Origin: an uncultured Bradymonadales bacterium
Lineage (GTDB): Bacteria; Myxococcota_A; Bradymonadia; Bradymonadales; Bradymonadaceae
NCBI GenBank assembly: GCA_964600555.1
Contig: CAZRLK010000003.1
Location: forward strand, 4,854-68,853
Direction of reading: 5' to 3'
Length of the DNA stretch: 64,000 nt
A program made the translations under genes and the position numbers. Below the pieces are notes generated by a model. It had not been told where the DNA came from, did no database searches, and saw nothing but the letters and a program-made list of their open reading frames with translations. Of this stretch, positions 28,672 to 37,900 are shown piece after piece; within the stretch, counting starts at the first letter, position 1, and each line of letters begins with the position of its first letter.

Positions 28672-28690
28672 GGACGATCGGATCGTCCGA
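28672..28690. terminator. Palindromic hairpin between convergent genes, built from two inverted ATCGGAC-family words
   Basis: CGGACGATC-G-GATCGTCCG lies between the M6 protease stop (28658) and the TrxR-like stop (28701). No clear U-run. Confidence 0.35.
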
Positions 28691-28700
28691 TGCCGTACGT

Positions 28701-29639
28701 CTACGCGTACCCCAGATCGATCGCCGCCGCGTGCGCCGCGCGGGCGGCGCCGCCGGTGGCGGTGGCGACGCAGGGCAGGGGCGTGTCGGTGACCTCGCCG
28801 GCGGCGTACAGACGCTCGAGCGAGGTGCGGTGGTGGCGGTCGACGGCCAGGTAGCCGCCCTCGTCGTGCTCGGGCTCGGGGGAGAGGTCGGGCCAGACGG
28901 GGTCGACGCCGATGCGGACGAACAGACAGGCGACCTCGAGGCTGGTGGCGGTGCCGGCGCGGTCGACGTGCAGGCGGCAGCCGCGCGGGTCGGAGAGGGG
29001 CTCGATGCGCTCGACGGTCGTCGGAAACGGGTGGATCGTGACGCGTCGGTGCTGTCGGGCGCGCTCGACGAACTGCGGGCGGGCCTTGAAGTCGCCGTTG
29101 CGCAGCAGCATGTGGACGTTGGCCTCGCGGTCGGCGAGCTGGAGGGCGCCCTCGAAGCCGGCGTCGCCGCCGCCGACGATGGCGACGGTGCAGCCGGCGA
29201 AACGGTCGGCGTCGCGGGCGGTCGACTGGCTGACGTAATCGCCGAGGCCCTCCTGTTCGCCGGGGATCTCGAGCCGGCGGTAGCGGGTGCCGGTCGCCAG
29301 AAGCACGGTCCGGGAGGCGAACCCCTTGCCGCCAGCGGTCTCGAGGCGCCAGAGGTCGTCGCGGCGGCGGATCGAGGTGACGCGGGCGGCCTCCAGATCG
29401 AGGTCGTCGAGTTCGTCGACCTGCGTGCAGAGGGCATCGGCGAGGTGGCGCCCCTTCTCGAAGTTCGCGCCGGGGAAGTTCTCCAGGGGGTTGTGGACGC
29501 GATCGAGGATGCCGCCGATCTCGCCATCCTCGGCGAGCCAGCGGGTCGGCAGCTCGAAGGTCCGCAGCCACAGCCGGGCGCAGACGCCGGCGACGCCGGC
29601 GCCGACGACGGTACACGCGACGGGCGGGTCGGCGCTCAT
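28701..29639 (-). CDS. Thioredoxin-reductase-like FAD/NAD(P)-dependent oxidoreductase lacking the CxxC redox centre
   Basis: ATG at 29639 overlaps the folE stop (ATGA). VVGAGVAGV and VAIVGGGDAGFEGALQLA dinucleotide motifs, C-terminal AAGEVTD. Where TrxB carries CATCDG the sequence reads YVSQSTARDADRFAG. Confidence 0.75.
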   Translation of the reverse strand: MSADPPVACTVVGAGVAGVCARLWLRTFELPTRWLAEDGEIGGILDRVHNPLENFPGANFEKGRHLADALCTQVDELDDLDLEAARVTSIRRRDDLWRLETAGGKGFASRTVLLATGTRYRRLEIPGEQEGLGDYVSQSTARDADRFAGCTVAIVGGGDAGFEGALQLADREANVHMLLRNGDFKARPQFVERARQHRRVTIHPFPTTVERIEPLSDPRGCRLHVDRAGTATSLEVACLFVRIGVDPVWPDLSPEPEHDEGGYLAVDRHHRTSLERLYAAGEVTDTPLPCVATATGGAARAAHAAAIDLGYA

Positions 29640-30208
29640 CGGTCACCTCGGGCCGTGCGGAAGGTCTCGAGCAGGTCGCGGCGGCGGGCGCCGTCGGCGA
29701 GGCTGCCGCGCGAGGCGGTGGCGACGGTGCGGCCGGTCTTCTCGGCGCCGCGCATCTCCATGCACATCTGGCGGGCGGTCGAGCGGACGAGCAGGCCCTC
29801 CGGCGAGAGGCGTTCGTCGAGGAGCCCGGCGATCTGGTCGGTGAACCGCTCCTGCAGTTGCGGGCGATGGGCGAAGTGATCGACGACCCGCCCGACGCTG
29901 CCGAATCCGGTCATCGCCTCGCCGGGCACGTAGGCGACGTCGACGGTCCCGAAAAACGGGACGAGATGGTGGATGCACATCGAGTAAAACGGCAGGCCAG
30001 CGAGGACGACCGGTTCGGCGTCACCGCCGCCGGTGTACTCGGCGCGAAAGGTCGACAGGTCGGGCGGTTCGTCGTCGGTCGCGGCAAAAAACTCGCCGAG
30101 AAACTCGGTGAATCGACCGGGGGTCTCGGCGAGTTCGTCGTCGCCCTCGGGGTCGAGGCCGAGCGACTCGAGCATGCGTCGGGCGTGGTCTTCCGGGTCG
30201 TCGCTCAT
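29636..30208 (-). CDS. folE: GTP cyclohydrolase I
   Basis: CIHHLVPFFG and RPQLQERFT motifs. ATG at 30208. Confidence 0.9.
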   Translation of the reverse strand: MSDDPEDHARRMLESLGLDPEGDDELAETPGRFTEFLGEFFAATDDEPPDLSTFRAEYTGGGDAEPVVLAGLPFYSMCIHHLVPFFGTVDVAYVPGEAMTGFGSVGRVVDHFAHRPQLQERFTDQIAGLLDERLSPEGLLVRSTARQMCMEMRGAEKTGRTVATASRGSLADGARRRDLLETFRTARGDR

Positions 30209-30265
30209 GGGTGGCTCGTCACTGGCGAGGGTCGCGCGTGAACGGCGAGAGGCGTCGGCGCGTCG

Positions 30266-31348
30266 TCAAAAGAGCGGTCCCTGCTGATCGCCGCTCGGGG
30301 GGGCGATCTCCATGTGCTCGAAGGCCTTGCGGGTCGCCTTGCGGCCCTGGGAGGTGCGTTCGATGAAGCCCTCCTGCAAAAGGTACGGCTCGACGACCAT
30401 CTCGATGGTGCGCGCCTCGGTGCTCAGGGCGGCGGTCAGGGTCTTGAGGCCGGCCGGGCCGCCGCCGAACTTGTCGCACAACACCTCGAGGTACTGGCGG
30501 TCGAAGGCGTCGAGGCCCTGCTCGTCGACGCCCTCCTCGCTAAGGGCGCGGTCGGCGAGCTCGACGCCGATGACGTCGACCTCGTCGACGGTCGCCCGAT
30601 CGCGCACGCGGTGTAATAAACGGTTGGCGATGCGCGGGGTGCCGCGGCTGCGGCGGGCGATCTCGCGGGCCCCCTCCTCGGAGATGCCGAGCCCCAGGAT
30701 TTCGGCCGAGCGGTGGACGATCTCGGTCAGATCCTCGGCGTCGTACAGGTTGAGCCGTCGGATCGCGCCGAATCGACTGCGCAGCGGAGCCGTCATCAGG
30801 CCGGTGCGGGTCGTGGCGCCGATCAGCGTGAACTTCTCGAGCGAAAACTCCATCGTCTCCGCCGACGGGCCCTCGCCGATGACGACGTCGATTTTGTAGT
30901 CCTCCATCGCCGGGTACAGGTTCTCCTCGATCACGCGGTCGAGGCGGTGGCACTCGTCGATAAACAGGGCGTCGCCGCGCTTGAGCGAGTTGAGAATGCT
31001 CGCCAGGTCGCCCTTGTGCTCGAGGGTCGGCCCGCTGGTGACGTGGATGTCGACGCCCATCTCGTTGGCGAGGATGTGCGCGAGGGTGGTCTTGCCGAGG
31101 CCGGGGGGGCCGGCGAGCAGGACGTGGCCGAGGACCTCGTCGCGCATCTTCGCCGCCTTGGCCATCACCTTCAGGTTGTCGACGACCTGCTCCTGGCCGA
31201 CGAACTGCTCGAAGTTCTGGGGCCGGAGGGCGACGTCGCTGGTGCGGTCGCCGGGGTTGGAGGCGGGATCGACCTCGGGGTTGCGGTCGGGTTCGGGGGC
31301 GCCACCCTTCGGTGCCACGTCGCTCTGTTCGATCGGGGAGTCGTCCAT
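30266..31348 (-). CDS. ruvB: Holliday junction branch migration ATPase RuvB
   Basis: LLAGPPGLGKTTLAHILANEMG Walker A, LFIDECHRL, GATTRTGLMTAPLRSRFG. Confidence 0.95.
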   Translation of the reverse strand: MDDSPIEQSDVAPKGGAPEPDRNPEVDPASNPGDRTSDVALRPQNFEQFVGQEQVVDNLKVMAKAAKMRDEVLGHVLLAGPPGLGKTTLAHILANEMGVDIHVTSGPTLEHKGDLASILNSLKRGDALFIDECHRLDRVIEENLYPAMEDYKIDVVIGEGPSAETMEFSLEKFTLIGATTRTGLMTAPLRSRFGAIRRLNLYDAEDLTEIVHRSAEILGLGISEEGAREIARRSRGTPRIANRLLHRVRDRATVDEVDVIGVELADRALSEEGVDEQGLDAFDRQYLEVLCDKFGGGPAGLKTLTAALSTEARTIEMVVEPYLLQEGFIERTSQGRKATRKAFEHMEIAPPSGDQQGPLF

Positions 31349-31374
31349 CGTCTCGCAGCCGAAAAGGGGAGGGG

Positions 31375-31977
31375 TCAGCGGAGCATCTCGAGGGCGCGAC
31401 GCAGAAGCGGCTCGACGCCGTCGGCTCCCTCGATCTCTCCGTCGAGTTCGTCGATGACTCCGTCGATTGTCTCGCGGTCGTAGCCGAAGTTGCCGAGGGC
31501 CGATCGCAGGTTGCGCAGGCGCTCGGAGTCGGCGGCGCCGTCGCCGTCGGCGGGCGGCGCGAGCTGGTCGAACTCGAGATCGTCGAGCGAATCCTTCAAA
31601 TCGAGGATCAGCCGCTGGGCGGTCTTCTCGCCGATGCCCTTGACGTCTTTGAAGGCGTCGGTGTCGTTCGAGCGCACGCCCTGGACGATTTCGGGCGGAC
31701 GCATCTCGGAGACGATCCGGAGGGCGGTCTTGGGGCCGATGCCCGAGACGGAGGTCAGCCGCTCGAACAGCCGCCGCTCGGAGCGGTCCTTGAAGCCGTA
31801 CAGGTCGATGGCGTCGTCGCGGACGTTGGTGTGGATGTACAGCGTCACCGCGCCGTCGTCGTCGAGGCGTCCGCTGAGACCGGCGGGGACGTGTACCTCG
31901 TAGCCGACGCCGTCGACGTCAACGAGCACGCGGTCGAGCGAGAGGGTCTCGAGTTGTCCGGTGAGTCGTCCGATCAT
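31375..31977 (-). CDS. ruvA: Holliday junction DNA helicase subunit RuvA
   Basis: MIGRLTGQL...VDVDGVGYEV N-terminus, SVSGIGPKTALRI and VKGIGEKTAQRLILDL HhH motifs. Confidence 0.9.
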   Translation of the reverse strand: MIGRLTGQLETLSLDRVLVDVDGVGYEVHVPAGLSGRLDDDGAVTLYIHTNVRDDAIDLYGFKDRSERRLFERLTSVSGIGPKTALRIVSEMRPPEIVQGVRSNDTDAFKDVKGIGEKTAQRLILDLKDSLDDLEFDQLAPPADGDGAADSERLRNLRSALGNFGYDRETIDGVIDELDGEIEGADGVEPLLRRALEMLR

Positions 31978-31983
31978 GGTCGG

Positions 31984-32469
31984 CTACCGCATCTTGGCCG
32001 GGACGTTGGCGTACTGACAATGACAGATCGCGATTGCGAGGGCGTCGGCGGCGTCCTCCGAGAGGTCGCCCTCGAGGTCGAGGCGCATCTTGACCATCCG
32101 CTGGATTTGCGACTTGTCGGCGCGCCCGTGGCCGGCGACGGTCTTTTTGACGCGGGCCGGCGGGTAGTCGTGCAGCGGCACCTCGACGTGGCGAATCGCC
32201 AGGACCGCGACGCCGCGGGCGTGCCCGAGCTTGATGGTCGACTTCGAGTTGTAGGCGGTGAAGATCGCTTCGACCGCCGCCGCGTCGGGGTCGAACTGCT
32301 CGAGGATCTGCGAGACCCCGTCGTACAAGATCGGGAGCCGGTCGTCGAGCGAGGAGGCGCCGGTGGCGTTGATGCGCCCGCTGGCGACATACTCGGTCTC
32401 GCGGTCTCGCCGGGTGACGAGACCGTAGCCGGTGTAGCGCGATCCCGGATCGATGCCGAGCACGAGCAT
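31984..32469 (-). CDS. ruvC: Crossover junction endodeoxyribonuclease RuvC
   Basis: MLVLGIDPGSRYTGYG N-terminus, DAADALAIAICH C-terminal motif. Confidence 0.9.
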   Translation of the reverse strand: MLVLGIDPGSRYTGYGLVTRRDRETEYVASGRINATGASSLDDRLPILYDGVSQILEQFDPDAAAVEAIFTAYNSKSTIKLGHARGVAVLAIRHVEVPLHDYPPARVKKTVAGHGRADKSQIQRMVKMRLDLEGDLSEDAADALAIAICHCQYANVPAKMR

Positions 32470-32538
32470 GCAACAACTCCCGGATTCCGAAGTCGAGCCG
32501 GTAGCTGGGTCCGGACGTCTGCCCGGAGTGTCCGTATT

Positions 32539-32555
32539 CTGTATACATGTTCAGT
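32539..32555. promoter_or_regulatory. Candidate LexA (SOS) box upstream of ruvC
   Basis: CTGTATACATGTTCAGT lies 70 nt upstream of the ruvC ATG. It matches 14 of 17 positions of the Myxococcus xanthus LexA-box consensus as I recall it (CTRHAMRYBYGTTCAGS), including the full GTTCAG core. It matches 13 of 16 positions of E. coli CTGTATATATATACAG. Confidence 0.4.
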
Positions 32556-32573
32556 GATTTGTAAATGAGCAAG

Positions 32574-32660
32574 TGAGTAAGGAGTATCGAGTAGGGAGTA
32601 GGGAGTATCGAGTATCGAGCAGGGGAGAATCGAGTGTGGGGCAGGGAGAATCGAGTGTGG
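32574..32660. repeat. Intergenic short word repeats (GAGTATCGAG x3; 21-bp GGGAGAATCGAGTGTGG-containing unit x2)
   Basis: GAGTAAGGAGTATCGAGTAGGGAGTAGGGAGTATCGAGTATCGAGCAGGGGAGAATCGAGTGTGGGGCAGGGAGAATCGAGTGTGG, inside the relatively AT-rich ruvC/RCC1 divergent spacer. Confidence 0.85.
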
Positions 32661-32755
32661 CGTATGGAATATGGAGGAAGTAGCGCGGAGGCTCGGTACG
32701 GCGGGGAGTTGGGATGAGATTACAGTCTAACTGAAACTGACCGGGCTCCTAGGTA

Positions 32756-32839
32756 GAAGTTCGATAAATGTGAAATTCTTGTTGAAACGCGGAAACGATT
32801 CCGTAAAAATACGTGGCGAACCGAAGTTCGGTAAATGTG
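32756..32839 (+). promoter_or_regulatory. 17-bp direct repeat GAAGTTCG(A/G)TAAATGTG x2 upstream of the RCC1 lipoprotein gene
   Basis: Copies at 32756-32772 and 32823-32839 (16 of 17 identical). The second copy ends 36 nt before the ATG at 32876. A third GTAAATG core occurs at about 32561. Confidence 0.4.
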
Positions 32840-32875
32840 CGAGACAGGTTGGAATATTCCTCAGCGGTGCGGCCC

Positions 32876-34840
32876 ATGTATACAACAGTGACCAAAGCAG
32901 CCAGTTATCTGCTCGTTCCGTTCGCCCTGGGTGCTCTGATCGTCGGTTGCGGGCCCGACGAGCCGCCCGAGGACGACGAGCAACCCGTGATCGACGTCGG
33001 CACCGACGTCGAAGAACCGGAGGATGCGGGGACGGACGCCGAGCCGGACACCCGGCCGGACACGGGGCCGGACGCCGAACCGGATACCTGCGAGCCGATG
33101 AGCTGCGAGGAGGCCGGGGTGCAGTGCGGCGAAGTCGACGACGGGTGTGGCGGGACGCTCGATTGCGGCGGCTGCGAGGGCGATGCGACCTGCGGGGAGA
33201 TCGCGCCCAACATGTGCAACTGCGCGCCGGAGAGCGACGAGGAATTCTGCGAGCGCCACGACAAGACCTGCGGGCGGTTCACCGCCGAAGACAACTGCGG
33301 GTTCGAACGCACCGCGACCTGCGGATCCTGCGGCGAAAACGAGGAATGCCAGTCGGACAACACGTGCGGGTGCGTCGAAAAGACGGACGTGACGCTGTGC
33401 AGCGAAAACGACCTCAACTGCGGCGAGGCGACCGTCGAGGGGCGCTGCAGCGAGGAGGTCGAAGTGACCTGCGGGCAGTGCACCGACCAGGGGGGCGACA
33501 TCTGCGTCGACAACGCCTGTGTCTGCGAGCCGTTCACCTGTGACGAAGTTCACGACCAGTGTGGAATCTACCCGGACGGATGCGGCGGCCAGATCACGTG
33601 TGAAGGCGGGTGCAGCGACACGCTGCTGGCCACCGGAGGTTACCACACCTGCTTTCAATCCGCCTCCTCCGACCAGCTCGAGTGCTGGGGGTGGAACAAG
33701 TACGGTCAGGTGGGGACGGGCTCGTCCAGCACGTCGGATTTCAATACGCCCCAGTCCGTGACCAGCCGATTCGACGATCTGTATTCGGTGACGGCCGGAG
33801 AGGATTTCACCTGCGTCGTCGACGGAACGGAAGCCAAATGCTGGGGGGCGAATTACGACTCGCAGGCCCTCGGCCGGGAGAACGACCCGTTCGGAAACGA
33901 GCTGAGAGAGGTGCTGACGCCGCGCAGTCCGGATGTGCCGGGAACCGGCATCAGCCAGATCAACGCCGGGGTCAACCACACGTGTGCGCTCAACACGGCC
34001 GGGGAAGTGTACTGCTGGGGGAGCAACTCGATTCTCGATGCCGACGACGGGGGCGGGGTCCTGGTGCCTGGCCCGGCAAATCCGGGGCAGTTTGACAATT
34101 ATTCGGTCGAGCCGACGCAATACGAATTCGGGCCGACCGGCGAAGCCCTGAGCGTGGAGGCCGGTTTGTGGCACTCGTGCGGTGAAGCAACCGACGGATC
34201 GCTGTGGTGCTGGGGCGCGAACTTCTTCGGGGCGATCGGAGAGGACGAGTACTTCTACGGGCGAGACGGCATTCTGTACACTCCGCCGGTGAAAGTCCCG
34301 GGCTTCGAGAACGGATTCGTGCAGGTCGCCGCCGGTGGACTCGACCAGGCCAGAGGGGAAGACCGCGGGTATTACGCGAACGACTTCAGTTGTGCCATCG
34401 ACCGCAACAACGCCGCCAAGTGTTGGGGCTCGGACGCGTTCCGCGGGGAACTCGGTGACGGGTCGGATCCGGAGCACGAGCATCCGAACCGCACACAGCC
34501 CGAGCCGGTCGAGGTCATCGGGCTCGACGGCGACGTCCTCGACCTCGCGCTGGGCGGAGCGCACGGGTGCGCGATCCAGAACAGCGAACTGTGGTGCTGG
34601 GGCGGCAACGAGTACGGCCAGATCGGGAACGGGAAATCGGGCGAGGGCGAGCAGGAGAACGTCCCGGTCGAGGTCACGATGCCCGACGACAAGGAGCCGG
34701 TGAATGTCGAGGCGGGCTTTTACCACACCTGTGCCGTCCTCGAGACCGACGAGCTGGCCTGCTGGGGGCGCAACTCCGACGGTCAGCTCGGCGACGGAAC
34801 CTACGAGATGCGCACGACGCCGAAAATCGTCTATCCCTGA
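32876..34840 (+). CDS. RCC1-repeat (beta-propeller) lipoprotein with N-terminal Cys-rich region
   Basis: ATG at 32876 giving MYTTVTKAASYLLVPFALGALIVGCGPD (lipobox). About 200 aa of Cys-rich modules (CGEVDDGCGGTLDCGGCEGDATCG...). Six or more RCC1 blades (YHTCFQS..LECWGWNKYGQVGTG, HTCALNTAGEVYCWGSN, HGCAIQNSELWCWGGNEYGQIGNG, YHTCAVLETDELACWGRNSDGQLGDG). Confidence 0.85.
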   Translation: MYTTVTKAASYLLVPFALGALIVGCGPDEPPEDDEQPVIDVGTDVEEPEDAGTDAEPDTRPDTGPDAEPDTCEPMSCEEAGVQCGEVDDGCGGTLDCGGCEGDATCGEIAPNMCNCAPESDEEFCERHDKTCGRFTAEDNCGFERTATCGSCGENEECQSDNTCGCVEKTDVTLCSENDLNCGEATVEGRCSEEVEVTCGQCTDQGGDICVDNACVCEPFTCDEVHDQCGIYPDGCGGQITCEGGCSDTLLATGGYHTCFQSASSDQLECWGWNKYGQVGTGSSSTSDFNTPQSVTSRFDDLYSVTAGEDFTCVVDGTEAKCWGANYDSQALGRENDPFGNELREVLTPRSPDVPGTGISQINAGVNHTCALNTAGEVYCWGSNSILDADDGGGVLVPGPANPGQFDNYSVEPTQYEFGPTGEALSVEAGLWHSCGEATDGSLWCWGANFFGAIGEDEYFYGRDGILYTPPVKVPGFENGFVQVAAGGLDQARGEDRGYYANDFSCAIDRNNAAKCWGSDAFRGELGDGSDPEHEHPNRTQPEPVEVIGLDGDVLDLALGGAHGCAIQNSELWCWGGNEYGQIGNGKSGEGEQENVPVEVTMPDDKEPVNVEAGFYHTCAVLETDELACWGRNSDGQLGDGTYEMRTTPKIVYP

Positions 34841-34979
34841 ACGAACGACGGCCCGGAGCGTCCGCTCGTCGCGGGCGTCGTCGGCCCGGACTCTACCACC
34901 CCGCGAGAAGCGGGTCGCAAGCGATACGCTCGTTGGATGACCGAGGTTGAGAATGTTGACGACTGCAGGAGAGCGAAGC

Positions 34980-37900
34980 ATGAGTGCCAGGATTCCTCGA
35001 TGGACGTATCGGGCCGTATTGAGCGGATGGATGCTCGTCGGTCTCGTCGCACTGGCGGCCTGCGGGCAGGACAACCCGTCCGGGACGGACCCGTGCGCGG
35101 AGACGACCTGCCAGTTCGGCGTCTGCAACAGCGATGCGGGCGGGGCGTGTACCAACCCCGAGACGTGTCGGGAGAGCAGCGAGTGTCTGCCGGGCTACGA
35201 GTGCGGGCCGGATGGTTCGTGCGTCGCCGCGAGCAGTTGCAGCTCCGACGGCGACTGCGAGTCGGGCGTCTGCGAGAGCGGAGCGTGCGTCAACCCGGAG
35301 ACCTGCGGGAGCGACGAAGAGTGTCTGCCGCGTACCTACTGCGCGGCCGACGGCACCTGCCAGCCCGACCCGTGCAACAACACCGAGTGCGAGCGGGGCA
35401 CCTGCGAGCGGGGCACCGGCGAGTGTGTCGAAGCCGAGTCGTGCACCGAGGAGACCGAGTACCGCGATTGCCTCTCCGACCAGCAGTGCATCGACGGGAC
35501 CTGCCAGACCGAAGAGGAGTTTTGCGACAGCCTCACCTGCGACCCGGGCGTCTGCAGCTTCGAGGAGCAGGGATGCGTCGAGCCCGACGAGTGTGAGAGC
35601 GACGAGGATTGCTTCGAGGGGAATCGCTGCAACGACATGAACCGCTGCGTCGAGAACCCCTGCGAGCAGGGCGATGTCGAGTGCGAGGGTGACGGCGTCT
35701 GCGACCCGGCGTCCGGGATGTGCGAGAACGCCGAGACCTGCACGTCGACCTCGGATTGCACGAACTCGCCGAAACACATCTGCGTGCAGGGGACCTGCCG
35801 GCTCGAAGCCAGTGCGTGCGGGGATGCCGAAGGGGAGGGCGGCTGTCCCGGCAATCAGGTCTGTCAGTACAGCGAAGAAGGCCTGCGCGCCTCGTGCATC
35901 GAGCCGGAGGATTGCGACACCTCGATCGACTGTCAGGAGAGCCGCCAGTGCAACGGCCGCAACTGCGTCGCGCCGTCGAGCTGTCGGGCGGACCGCTTCG
36001 AGGACAACGACACGGCGGAGAACGCGACCGACTTTCCGTCCGTCTCGATGGACAACGCGCTCACAGCATCGCTGTGTCCGGACGACACCGACGTGTACAC
36101 CTTCTCGACAACCGACCTGGTCGACGAATCGGCGACGGGGACTCTGCTGGTCGAGTTTCACCTGCCGCGGGCCGACGTCGGGCTCGGGGCGCTGGAAGCG
36201 AGCCTGAACGGGCCGGACGGCGGGGAGGTCGCATCCGGGTCGCTCGAGGCGAATGTCGACGAGGACCACCTGCGCCTGGAGGCGGAGCTGACGGAGTCGA
36301 GCCACGGCGAGTACACGATCGAGGTCGCGGCCGGCGCGTCGATGAATACGGCGGGGCTCGACTACGACCTGTCGGTCAACGTCGCCACCCAGGGAGTTGT
36401 CGAGGCGTGTGGGGACGCCGAACCTCTCGAGGTCGGTGAATTGGTCAGCGGGAACACGAACGACGGCGGCTCGAGTGGGCTGGAGTTGTCCTGCGCGCCG
36501 GACGCCGACGAGATGAACGAAAAGATCTACGCCCTCCAGCTCGACTCGCCACAGGAGCTTCACTTCGAGGCAGAGCCGAAATTCAGCGACGGGGACGTCT
36601 CGCTGGCGCTCCGGAGCCGCTGTACGGAGCCGGCGACCGAGTCGGCGTGTGTCGAATCGGCGGGCACCCACGAGGCCGAGACGCTGACGACGGTGCTCGG
36701 CGCCGGGACTCACTACGTCGTCGTCGAAACTCGTGACGCGGATGCGAGCGGGGCGTTCACCCTGCAGGCCGAGCATCTCAACGACAAGCGGTGCACGAGC
36801 CGAGACGACTACTGCAGCGGCTCGGTCACCTCGAACAAGTGTATCAACGACGGCGGGCGCTTCGAACAGCTCTCCTGCGATCTCGGCTGCAACCCCTCGA
36901 CCGGTCGATGCTACCCGCCGACGGGGAACTACTGCGAGGAAGTTACGACGATCACCGAGAACGCCTCGCGCGGATTCGATCTGCGGGAGTTTACCGACAG
37001 CTTCGACCCGGCGCCGGGCAGTTGCCTGGGCGACGACCCGCGAAGTGGCGGACCGGATCGTGTCTACGAGGTGGAAATCCCGGCCGACCAGGCCGTCCAG
37101 GTGACGGCGAACTACGAGCGAGAAGTCCAGGGGTCGTTGTACCTGGCGGAGTCGTGTGAGGAGCTGAGTGGAAGCTGCGAGAGCGGCGCGCAGGACTCGC
37201 GTGAAGAAGAGCCGTACGTCGAGCGGCTGACCTACTCGAACATGTCCGAGGACACCGAGACCCGCTACGTGGTCGTCGACTCCGAGGCAAACGAAAATCT
37301 GGCACCGGTGACCGTCAACTTCGAGTATCTGGACATCACCTGCGAGCCGGGTGTCCACCAGTGCGGCGACCAGACCGGCAACCAGCAGGTCTGCAACGAG
37401 TACGGGACCGCCTTCGAGATGTCCGACGAGTGTGGCGAGTGGCCGTGCCAGACCGGCGACGGCTCCAGCGCCTGCCGGCGGGCCGACGGTTGCTCGGACG
37501 TCCCGAACATCACCGATCAGGTGACCCCGGACGGCGGCAACCAGTACACGCTTTTGTGGGGCGACTACGACAGCAGCTTCGAATCCGACGACACCTGCGG
37601 GGGGAGTGCCGGCATCGACAGCTCGGAGACGGCCGGCAACGACGCGGTCTTCGAGATCGACGTGGCGGCCGGCGAGGTGCTGACCGCCTCCGCCGAGGGC
37701 AACGGCAACTACTCGCTGTACGTCAAGGAGTCGACCGAATCGCCGGCGACCTGCGGGTCGCTCGCCGACGAGTGTGTCGCGGCGGACAATCGGGACGGCG
37801 GGACGAGCGCCGAGATCGGGCAGTACTTCGACGAGGACAAGACGGTCTATCTGGTGTTGGATACGGAGAACGGCCAGGCGCCGGACGGGGCGTATCTGAA

